Below, in pieces: positions 50,449-58,273 of a stretch of DNA of 64,000 nt (position 1 is the first letter of the stretch; every line of letters starts with the position of its first letter). The translations under genes and the position numbers were made by a program. Location: IMG/VR virus record IMGVR_UViG_3300035210_000189, positions 32,001-96,000 of that record; one strand, 5' to 3'. This stretch comes from a virus. The notes below the pieces were generated by a model. That model saw nothing but the letters and a program-made list of their open reading frames with translations. It was not told the origin of the DNA and searched no databases.

Positions 50449-50793
50449 ATGGGAAATAAAAATAAACCACAACGTTTTGAAGGCTTCTGGTGGTCCGAGC
50501 GTGAACCACACTTTCCAAAACCAGTCAGTTCCGATGTCGCTTTTGAAGGTAAAGAAGCTGTAATCGTGGCTCTTGAAAAACTTGAAAAAGATATTTACCT
50601 GCATAAAGACCGGGCAGGTACTTGTGTCTACTTTAAAGGATTTTCTATTTGCCGCTGCTGTGGTGCTGAAAACGGAGATATGGAGTTTTCCTACAAGAAC
50701 TGGAAGTGGCCGGTTGGTTTGTCTCACTATGTTAAAGTCCACAACATCAAGCCATCTGATGACTTCTTGAAAGATGTTCTTCACATTGGTTAA
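50449..50793 (+). CDS. hypothetical protein with Cys/His motif
   Basis: G.SICRCCG..NG..E....WKWP.GL.HYV..HNIKP. Confidence 0.75.
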   Translation: MGNKNKPQRFEGFWWSEREPHFPKPVSSDVAFEGKEAVIVALEKLEKDIYLHKDRAGTCVYFKGFSICRCCGAENGDMEFSYKNWKWPVGLSHYVKVHNIKPSDDFLKDVLHIG

Positions 50794-50882
50794 ACTTTGA
50801 CCAGATTTAGACTTTAACTTAAAAAAACTTGAATTGCTGTCCTCAGAATGGTATAATAACTTATCATTTTGAGGGCAAACAC

Positions 50883-51686
50883 ATGACCACTAAAACTTAT
50901 GAAATTGTTGTACAAACCAACCAAGACCTTAGTGAAATTTATGAGGCTATCGGTGGTTACATTACGGGTCATGCTAAACGAAAAGAGTCTTGTGAAGGCG
51001 ATTATCCGTATGGCACAGATGATGTGATGGCAAACTATGCGGCTAAAACAAAAGATACAAACATCTATTACAATTGGTGGTGTAAAAATGCTTGCTTTAA
51101 AGGTGCATACAACGACACACCTTTTGATCTGATTACGGGTGTTCAGGCATTCCATGACAGTAATTTTCCACGTATCATTTTTTCTGATCATGAATCCGAT
51201 TCAGAAGTTCGAGCTAAAATCAAGGATCAATTTTTCAAAAAATTTAATGTGATTGTTGATACAATCGACAATTCCACTTTGATTGATGAAGTAAAAGTTC
51301 GTATTGATTCTGATGCCTTTACTGAACAATATTCTCGCAAATATTGCTATGAATTGTTGAAAGAATATGAAATGCATGAAAAGATGTTCTCAGGTTATGT
51401 TATCAACAAGGTTAATGTAGATACCAATGTAGGCGTGAAGAGTGCAATTACTTTCTATGTAAATTCAGCCCCCAAGAATACAGAAGAATTCCTTGATAAT
51501 TTAATGAGTCGTATTGAGGATTTGGTTAAAGACTATAACCAAATGATGGTTTTGTCAGAAATGGAGAAATACTGTTTCTATACAGAGACAATTGAAGACG
51601 TTCTTGAATTCCCTAAGAACTTTCAAATTGTGGGTGTTGATTTGATTGAACATGTTACCGAGTCGAGAACCATTCAACTGACTTAA
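50883..51686 (+). CDS. hypothetical protein
   Basis: GAGG RBS before ATG 50883, promoter. Confidence 0.75.
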   Translation: MTTKTYEIVVQTNQDLSEIYEAIGGYITGHAKRKESCEGDYPYGTDDVMANYAAKTKDTNIYYNWWCKNACFKGAYNDTPFDLITGVQAFHDSNFPRIIFSDHESDSEVRAKIKDQFFKKFNVIVDTIDNSTLIDEVKVRIDSDAFTEQYSRKYCYELLKEYEMHEKMFSGYVINKVNVDTNVGVKSAITFYVNSAPKNTEEFLDNLMSRIEDLVKDYNQMMVLSEMEKYCFYTETIEDVLEFPKNFQIVGVDLIEHVTESRTIQLT

Positions 51687-51781
51687 ATTTATTGTAATAA
51701 AAGAAACCCAACCAAGTGTTGGGTTTTTTATTGAACATTCATTTGTACGATGGTATACTGGATGACATTTTGGAGAATTAC

Positions 51782-52480
51782 ATGTATTACATTAATGAAT
51801 ATTTTGGACCTACCTTTGTTGTAAAGCAATTGCCAACACGTATGAAAATTACGGTGACTGAAAAAGTTCATGAAACTTGTGGCAATAAATTGTGTACAGC
51901 TTATGGTGATAGAGGCTTCTTTGATTCATTTTGTCCGCATTGTGGTTCTCGTTGCAGCACCTTTAACATTGAGAAAAAGCGTAATGTATTTGTGAGTGAT
52001 GTTAGTAAAGAAATGGATGATATTCTTATTTACCCTTTTAATGATATTCCAGAAGGGGATTTAATTTTTATTCCAAAGTTTTCGAATGAAGGCTGGTTGA
52101 CACCGCTCACTAAACAACATATTATTTTCAAGTATCTTGTTAGAAAATGTCAGAATCAAGATTGTAATAATTTAGATTATGATATTAACTTCGACCATGT
52201 TTACTGTTCTGGGTGTGGTGTTAAGGCTGAATGTCAGGTAGATGAAAAATACGATTCGAATTTTACTAAAGACACTGCCAAACTATTAAACACATACTCA
52301 GATAAGCATGCATTTAAATCATTTGAACGTCCATTTGATGTTAATAAGGAAGTAGATGAAAATTTGACAGCCTTTAAACAGTTAAAAGAAGCCCAAGAGA
52401 TTGTTGAGCTGCTTGACTCTATTTATGGTGACGGTGCAACAAGTATTCAGAATAGACAAGTTAACTTTTTTGACAATTAA
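51782..52480 (+). CDS. double zinc-ribbon hypothetical protein
   Basis: CGNKLC..CPHCG and CQNQDC..CSGCG. Confidence 0.72.
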   Translation: MYYINEYFGPTFVVKQLPTRMKITVTEKVHETCGNKLCTAYGDRGFFDSFCPHCGSRCSTFNIEKKRNVFVSDVSKEMDDILIYPFNDIPEGDLIFIPKFSNEGWLTPLTKQHIIFKYLVRKCQNQDCNNLDYDINFDHVYCSGCGVKAECQVDEKYDSNFTKDTAKLLNTYSDKHAFKSFERPFDVNKEVDENLTAFKQLKEAQEIVELLDSIYGDGATSIQNRQVNFFDN

Positions 52481-52497
52481 ACCAATAGGCACACACA

Positions 52498-53508
52498 ATG
52501 ACTTCGGAACGCGATCTTGACCAATTTTATACCAACAATGATATAGCTCTTAAATGCTATGACTTGTTGCAAGGTATTCTTACCCAACACAATATCAAAC
52601 CTACCATCTGGCTAGAACCCTCAGCGGGATCAGGTGCGTTCTTTTCTATTGTGTCTGGTAGTAAATTGGGCATTGATATTGATCCGAAGATTGACAAAGT
52701 GGTGAAAGCTGACTTTTTAGAATACCCATTACAAGATGAAGGCTATATCACTATCGGAAACCCACCATTTGGGAAGAATTCTAGTTTAGCCATTAAGTTC
52801 TTCAACAAATGTGCAGAAGTGTCCAAAGTGGTTGCTTTCATTGTTCCGAAGACATTCAAGAAAGACAGTGTGCAAAAGAAGCTGCATAAAAATATGCACC
52901 TTGTTTTTGAATGGGATGTGCCGAGTAATTCATTTAATATCAAAAAAGAAGTCGTTGACGTTCCTTGTGTGTTTCAAGTATGGATTAAACAAGATGAGTT
53001 ACGTCATGACACTAATAAAAGCTCTCTGGCGGAAGATTTTATCTTTACTAATAGAAAGACTGCAGATATTGCCTTTCAACGAGTCGGAGTAAAAGCAGGA
53101 ACGATTAAAGGGTGTGCGGCCTTTCCAGACATTGCTGATGCATCTCACTTATTTATTACGACAACAAAACCTGATGTTGCAAAGATCTTGAAAGTCATTG
53201 ACTGGTCAGCTATCAAATTTAACACGGCGGGCAATCCCAGCATTTCAAAACGAGAGCTGATTAACGAATACGCTCGTTATAAGTCTAGCCTTATTCATAT
53301 TATTGATGATTATTTGTTGTTTGATTTTGATGGTGTTATTTCAATTGTGTTTGTCGTGAATGGGAATGTGTTCAACATTAAAATTGAAAACAACAATATT
53401 GTGTTCCATGATTCTATTTTTAAAGTTCAAATTGGCAATGTTGACTTCAACTTGTCAAAAGGTGTCTATCTTGATTTGAAAAACACATTGAATGGAAAAA
53501 TTTCTTAA
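52498..53508 (+). CDS. N6-adenine DNA methyltransferase (gamma-type motif order), orphan
   Basis: DQFYT (motif X), LEPSAGSGAF (I), GIDIDP (II), IGNPPFG (IV), AFIVP. Confidence 0.82.
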   Translation: MTSERDLDQFYTNNDIALKCYDLLQGILTQHNIKPTIWLEPSAGSGAFFSIVSGSKLGIDIDPKIDKVVKADFLEYPLQDEGYITIGNPPFGKNSSLAIKFFNKCAEVSKVVAFIVPKTFKKDSVQKKLHKNMHLVFEWDVPSNSFNIKKEVVDVPCVFQVWIKQDELRHDTNKSSLAEDFIFTNRKTADIAFQRVGVKAGTIKGCAAFPDIADASHLFITTTKPDVAKILKVIDWSAIKFNTAGNPSISKRELINEYARYKSSLIHIIDDYLLFDFDGVISIVFVVNGNVFNIKIENNNIVFHDSIFKVQIGNVDFNLSKGVYLDLKNTLNGKIS

Positions 53509-53601
53509 AAATGTTTAAAAAAAAGGTTGCCTTATGGAAAAAGGTTTGATAGAATATCTACATTGAAACAGCAAAGCGACACGCTCTCAATGATGTAATA
53601 T

Positions 53602-53675
53602 GGCTTCTTGGCAGAATGGTCATGCACCGGATTGCAAATCCGAGTACGGGGATTCGATTTCCTCAGAAGCCTCCA
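53602..53675 (+). tRNA. tRNA-Cys (anticodon GCA)
   Basis: acceptor GGCTTCT/AGAAGCC-T-CCA, anticodon loop TTGCAAA, T-arm GGGGA-TTCGATT-TCCTC. Confidence 0.92.
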
Positions 53676-53724
53676 ATTTAAATAAAAGACATCTTATGAT
53701 GTCTTTTTTATTGCCTTTAATTTT

Positions 53725-54252
53725 TCACTTGTTTTCAATTTCTTCTGTTTTTTCTAATACCATTGTTACCTTCTCATCACTACTTTTAAGATTAACCGTC
53801 TGTACTGCATATTCTGGCTTATTCATTTCTTCATAAAGATAGTAAGCAATCCCACCACTCAAACCACCTTTCCTTGCCATATCAGATTCAATGAGGTGTT
53901 TAGCTTTCACAATGGCTGGATGATTAATGTCATCAAACAAGTCAGAAAGCTTTCCTTTGTAAATCATGTTATCAAATGTAATGGCTTTCATATTTTTAAA
54001 ATCATAAATGACCATAATTATTAAAATTAATGGGATGGAGACTGCAGCATATATGCCCATTAAATAAATATACCAATGTGGAATTAAAAATAATGGGAGA
54101 ACCAACGCGGTCAACATGACAATCATTGGAGCGATTAAAAACATCGTCACCTTGAAGTATTTTGAATTTCTTTTTTTATCATATTCTTCTGGATTTCTTT
54201 TAAAATATTCGAAATTTTTTATAAATTCTTTTTTTGCTAATTTGTCTTTCAT
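53725..54252 (-). CDS. two-TM membrane protein
   Basis: hydrophobic hairpin, AAGGTG RBS. Confidence 0.72.
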   Translation of the reverse strand: MKDKLAKKEFIKNFEYFKRNPEEYDKKRNSKYFKVTMFLIAPMIVMLTALVLPLFLIPHWYIYLMGIYAAVSIPLILIIMVIYDFKNMKAITFDNMIYKGKLSDLFDDINHPAIVKAKHLIESDMARKGGLSGGIAYYLYEEMNKPEYAVQTVNLKSSDEKVTMVLEKTEEIENK

Positions 54253-54415
54253 AGTATTTCACCTTCCTTTTAATTATCCTATTATTTTATGGTTAAAATG
54301 TCAATCGACTATCCATTTGCATATAGTTTTGAATATGAAAAAACATAAAATTTGTTGTCATTGATTCTTATATGTGTTAGAATAAGGCATCAATTAAGCT
54401 TCATAGGTGAATATA

Positions 54416-54565
54416 ATGCCCAAAATTTCTATCGAGCAGATTAGATCTGCCAACCAAAAACTCATCGCAGGTAAGCCTTATGATGTTAAACCATATTCAG
54501 ATAAGCTTTCCAAACAAGACATCAATGAGATGTTAAAGAAAGCTTTCTATTCAATCTCTCACTAA
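54416..54565 (+). CDS. 49 aa small protein (not in ORF track)
   Basis: MPKISIEQIRSANQKLIAGKPYDVKPYSDKLSKQDINEMLKKAFYSISH; AGGTG RBS, upstream TAGAAT. Confidence 0.55.
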   Translation: MPKISIEQIRSANQKLIAGKPYDVKPYSDKLSKQDINEMLKKAFYSISH

Positions 54566-54577
54566 GTGGAGGTCACT

Positions 54578-54904
54578 ATGACCAAGCAAAAAGTTTTCGA
54601 ATCTATTTTTAATGCTGAAGGTAATTTCGTGGTGCTTGGTTATGACCCACATTATTGCCAAGCAGACAATCCATCTCACATGGCATTGCATCATATTCTT
54701 TTTGATGCCGATGGAAATCTCAATGAAGAATTGGATGGTAATCTGACTGATGACATTCAAGATCTTGGTGAATACATTGAAGAACAGTCCAAAAACAACC
54801 CTTCATTTGGCCCGCTGTGTGATGCTGTTCATCTTTACTTTGCTGAAATGGCTTCCAGTGCTACCAACCAACAATATTCTGTAGCGAGTCTCTTTAAGCG
54901 TTAA
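54578..54904 (+). CDS. hypothetical protein, paralog of 8906..9208
   Basis: GGAGG RBS; shared motifs. Confidence 0.75.
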   Translation: MTKQKVFESIFNAEGNFVVLGYDPHYCQADNPSHMALHHILFDADGNLNEELDGNLTDDIQDLGEYIEEQSKNNPSFGPLCDAVHLYFAEMASSATNQQYSVASLFKR

Positions 54905-54982
54905 GTCTTATAGAAATATTTATTTTCTAGGCGTCTTTTGATGTCTTGATTAGTCATTATAATTAAACATTGTGAGGATACA

Positions 54983-55921
54983 TTGATGAAAGAAGCCTAT
55001 TTCGAACAATTCGGTAAAATATTCTGTAATGATCATGAAAATTTTATTCAACATTTGAAGGATACTAAGTTTTATAAAGAAATTAAAAACAAAAAATATA
55101 ATAATGACGATTTGAAATCTTATATTTCTAATAAAGAATATAATGGTGTCTCCTATATTATTCAATTGAGAAATACACCGTTCTCCAAACCATTGACTAT
55201 TTATTCAGGTAAATCTGATTATTTTACGTCTAAGAGTGAATATGTATCTAGTCTTAGTCGATTATTTTCGATTGACATGCGAGTCATTGAGATTTCCAAA
55301 AATTTTGCGGTTAAAGATGCATTTAAAAAATTAGGGATTGAAGAATCACATGAAGTCCCCAATGTGCTTTCCGTCAGTGATATGGATGGTATGAAACAAT
55401 TTTTTATTGATGCTAACTATGAATTAGGTGTCAATAATTTTGATAAACTCATTGAAGATTACAGTGAATATGATGACGAATTTCTGAGTAAGCTCAGTTT
55501 TATTTGTGATATGCATAGCCATAAAAAGTTTAGTAAAAAAATGATGTTAAATGACAGCTATCATTATATTAAATGTGATGTTGCAGATAAGGAAGTGTTT
55601 TCGTATTCCAATGATGCTTCGGATGACTACTTCTTTATTTTTGAACGAGACATTCATACAAAAAATATTCGTGTCTTCTTTGACTTCATGAGCAATGTCG
55701 ATAAAACAAAATTTAAGTTTTCAACCTGTGTGGTTGGTAATCATCCAAAAATTGTTCATGATTACTTGGAAAATAAAACACCTTGCTTTATTTCCTCAGA
55801 AGGTAATACAAAAGTGATTAAAAACACTCAAACCTACCTGCTTGATGATATGGAATATATTGCTGCTAACTTAGCTGAACGCTTAAAAGTGACATTACCC
55901 TCTGAGTTCTCGATATTTTGA
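54983..55921 (+). CDS. hypothetical protein
   Basis: 312 aa ORF, GAGG RBS. Confidence 0.75.
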   Translation: MMKEAYFEQFGKIFCNDHENFIQHLKDTKFYKEIKNKKYNNDDLKSYISNKEYNGVSYIIQLRNTPFSKPLTIYSGKSDYFTSKSEYVSSLSRLFSIDMRVIEISKNFAVKDAFKKLGIEESHEVPNVLSVSDMDGMKQFFIDANYELGVNNFDKLIEDYSEYDDEFLSKLSFICDMHSHKKFSKKMMLNDSYHYIKCDVADKEVFSYSNDASDDYFFIFERDIHTKNIRVFFDFMSNVDKTKFKFSTCVVGNHPKIVHDYLENKTPCFISSEGNTKVIKNTQTYLLDDMEYIAANLAERLKVTLPSEFSIF

Positions 55922-56092
55922 CAATGGATTCAAGTGCTATCCGTTAGCCGTATTTGAAGGCTAGTTTAAGTGTTAATTAGGTAGAGCAATCTAGCATTAA
56001 TTTAAAGACATCTTCTGGTGTCTTTTCTTTTTTTTATTATTGATTATTCGATTATCTAATATACAATATATTAATAATAATGAGGCTATAAT

Positions 56093-56491
56093 ATGAAAAT
56101 AAATGAAGAATGGATTACTGAAGTTACTCGAATTAATGGTCTATACCAAGAATTTAAAGGCAGTGTATTATTGTTTCAAAATACCCGTGTTGTAAAAGCA
56201 TTTCTTAAACGACCATCTTTCATATTTCATAAGCTGTATCGTAGCTCGCCTGCCATGTTCGAAAAAGAGATTGAACAATTTAAAAAATTAGATACAAGCC
56301 ACTATACATTGACGACCGCCGAGTTGTCTCGTTTTAGTGAGTTGTGTGCAAAAGGTTACTCACCTTTAAATGCAGTTATCTACAAAAATAAAGGCAGCAA
56401 GAGCTATTTAACAACGATTAAAACAAAAAGAAAACGTATGCATTTAGGGTTGGCTATTGTCCTCACCCCTTTTTTTGGATACCTACGTTAA
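56093..56491 (+). CDS. hypothetical protein
   Basis: 132 aa ORF, GAGG RBS. Confidence 0.7.
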   Translation: MKINEEWITEVTRINGLYQEFKGSVLLFQNTRVVKAFLKRPSFIFHKLYRSSPAMFEKEIEQFKKLDTSHYTLTTAELSRFSELCAKGYSPLNAVIYKNKGSKSYLTTIKTKRKRMHLGLAIVLTPFFGYLR

Positions 56492-56586
56492 AAAAATTAA
56501 AAAAAGGTCTTGAATACGGTTGAAAGGTTTGCTAGAATGGCTACATTGAATGAGACGACAGCTTCAATGTCACTCAGAATTGTAAC

Positions 56587-56708
56587 GCGGGTGTGTGAGT
56601 GTAATAGGAGAGTTGGCCTTCCGTCCTTGAATAAAGGTTGCTCTACCGTTAAGGCGTGCGTGCCTTGCAACATCGGTAACGTAGGTTCAAATCCTGCCAT
56701 CTGCACCA
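56587..56708 (+). ncRNA. 122 nt CCA-ended tRNA-like RNA with expanded interior
   Basis: acceptor GCGGGTG/CATCTGC-A-CCA; T-arm GTAGG-TTCAAAT-CCTGC; two long internal hairpins in place of the D and anticodon arms. Confidence 0.7.
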
Positions 56709-56839
56709 AATTGTTGTTGTGTTGAAACTTGTTTTATGCTACAATGATTTAAGTTGAGAATTAACCGAAATGCTGGATCATTTCTGTTAAAAGTAGGTGA
56801 TTCAGGTAGACCTAGCTTCTTCTCTTACTCTGAACCAAT

Positions 56840-56913
56840 CGGTGAAACGCTCAAATGGTGAGCAAATGGTGTTGTAACCATACTCGTGGGTTCAAGTCCT
56901 ACTTCACCGGCCA
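56840..56913 (+). tRNA. atypical tRNA / tRNA mimic (Thr-TGT-like, non-7-nt anticodon loop)
   Basis: acceptor CGGTGAA/TTCACCG-G-CCA; D-arm GCTC-AAATGGT-GAGC; ATGGT-GTTGTA-ACCAT; T-arm GTGGG-TTCAAGT-CCTAC. Confidence 0.6.
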
Positions 56914-56954
56914 AATTACTTGATTGTTGTGATGACTTGTGGTATAATCATCCC

Positions 56955-57202
56955 ATCAAACGAATTCGGAGCCTTCGCCATAGAGGGTTGGACAGCAGCG
57001 GTGTCGCGGGCAAGCTGTCACGAAAGGTGAGAATCAACTCCCTTTCATAGTAATGAAGTGCATCAGAGATGAGTTTTTCTCTTGATTAAAACGCTTGGGT
57101 GAAGCGGCCTTTGTTACGAACTTGATTGTCAATTAGCGAAGGAATTATAGTCCTAGTGGCTATGATTAAAACGGTTAGGTGGACTGGCCTTCGTTAAGAC
57201 CA
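56955..57202 (+). ncRNA. structured ncRNA, paralog 1 (5' module plus two GAUUAAAAC three-way junctions)
   Basis: TTGATT-N17-TATAAT promoter (56920-56948); motifs and covarying stems shared with 57250..57455. Confidence 0.65.
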
Positions 57203-57249
57203 AATTAAAAGGTTGTTATTTACAGGTGGTTGATGTATAATAGCGGTCA

Positions 57250-57455
57250 GTTAAACGAATACGGAGAACCACTTAAATGGTTCTGAATGGTAGCGGTGGT
57301 CGGGCGAGCCATTGTAAGAAGGAGAGGTGATTTCTTAGTCCCTCTCTTAGCAACAAGGGCATTGTGGGTGCTGTTTTCCTCGATTAAAACGGTTGGGCGA
57401 ACCGGCTCTTGTTGCAAACCCTATTCCAAAGAGTTGTCGATGACAGCTTTTTTTC
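57250..57455 (+). ncRNA. structured ncRNA, paralog 2 (5' module plus one GAUUAAAAC junction)
   Basis: TTGTTA-N17-TATAAT promoter (57213-57241); ends in terminator AGTTGTC-GAT-GACAGCT-Tn. Confidence 0.65.
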
Positions 57456-57479
57456 TTTTTAACAGTGATGGAGATTGTC

Positions 57480-57692
57480 ATGATTGAGAATAACGAATTT
57501 GCAACTGAGTATGCTGGTCAGCTTGTTTCTTACCTGACGGCTGAGCAACGACAAGCTGTCTTTGCTCATATTGAAACGTTGTTTGATAAAGATGCCATTG
57601 CTTGTATGAAGGCTGATGCTCAGCAGATTGTTGAAATGCGTGCGGATATGGATCGTCGTCTTGCTGCAATGGACGCAAAAACAGCAGTATAA
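57480..57692 (+). CDS. small hypothetical protein
   Basis: GGAG RBS before ATG 57480. Confidence 0.65.
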   Translation: MIENNEFATEYAGQLVSYLTAEQRQAVFAHIETLFDKDAIACMKADAQQIVEMRADMDRRLAAMDAKTAV

Positions 57693-57707
57693 GCTACACC
57701 TTTTTAT

Positions 57708-57782
57708 TGCCGAATAATCATAGGGGAAGCAGGTAACTGTGTAATCTATGATGTCGTAGGCTAGTCCCTACTTCGGCGGCCA
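57708..57782 (+). ncRNA. 75 nt CCA-ended tRNA mimic lacking a D-arm
   Basis: TGCCGAA/TTCGGCG-G-CCA; GTAGG-CTAGTC-CCTAC; one long hairpin ATCATAG..GCAG-GTAA-CTGT..CTATGAT. Confidence 0.5.
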
Positions 57783-57785
57783 GAT

Positions 57786-57898
57786 TTGCTGTAGGCTCTT
57801 GTAGCCTGTCCGACCGGGTTGTGACCGGGCAGAACCAGACGGTTCCCACCTTTGGGTGGAGTCGATAAGGCATAGGTAATCGGTTCCTATTACAGTGA
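57786..57898 (+). ncRNA. GC-rich multibranch RNA, possible Y-RNA-like fold
   Basis: outer stem TTGCTGTA/TACAGTGA; GCCTGT(C)CGAC/GTCGAT(A)AGGC bulged helix enclosing three short hairpins. Confidence 0.45.
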
Positions 57899-57920
57899 TG
57901 AATTTTAGAAAGAAGAAGTT

Positions 57921-57948
57921 AAAAAGACGAAGATAAAAAGATGAAGAT
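57921..57948 (+). repeat. 14-bp tandem direct repeat (1 mismatch)
   Basis: AAAAAGACGAAGAT followed by AAAAAGATGAAGAT. Confidence 0.5.
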
Positions 57949-58102
57949 GTAATTGCAAGCGGCTTGAACCGTGCGAAGAAAGAGGAAAGGCTTACGTTCC
58001 TACTTGCAACTTTTAATTAAACTTAAAGAGAGATATAGATTATGCCTACATACGAGAGAATCTGGACACGATTATAAAATGTTAACCCTAGGAGGGTCAA
58101 TT

Positions 58103-58273
58103 ATGTCCAGAAGTGTAAAAGGTAGTAAAGGTTGTGGTTATGAGTATTGGTCGAAACGTCCAATGTGCTATTCTTCTCCCGGTCGTTGGGCCAAGCAGAA
58201 ATGCCATCGGATTGAAAGACAGCAAGACAAAGATTTGATTAGAGCTGAACTTAAAGATTGTCACGATCTTTAA
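58103..58273 (+). CDS. 56 aa small basic protein
   Basis: MSRSVKGSKGCGYEYWSKRP...; AGGAGG RBS before ATG 58103. Confidence 0.7.
   Translation: MSRSVKGSKGCGYEYWSKRPMCYSSPGRWAKQKCHRIERQQDKDLIRAELKDCHDL

Noticed and set aside
36860-55921. Second C-terminal motif EFSI(L/F)* in 36338..36886 and 54983..55921
   Set aside because: Only two instances; insufficient support.
55922-56030. Three small hairpins after 54983..55921 as an ncRNA
   Set aside because: Short stems with no promoter or conserved motif; could be an ordinary 3' UTR plus terminator.
57050-57415. CRISPR array from the GATTAAAACG repeats
   Set aside because: Only three degenerate copies with irregular spacing, embedded in paired stems; no cas genes.
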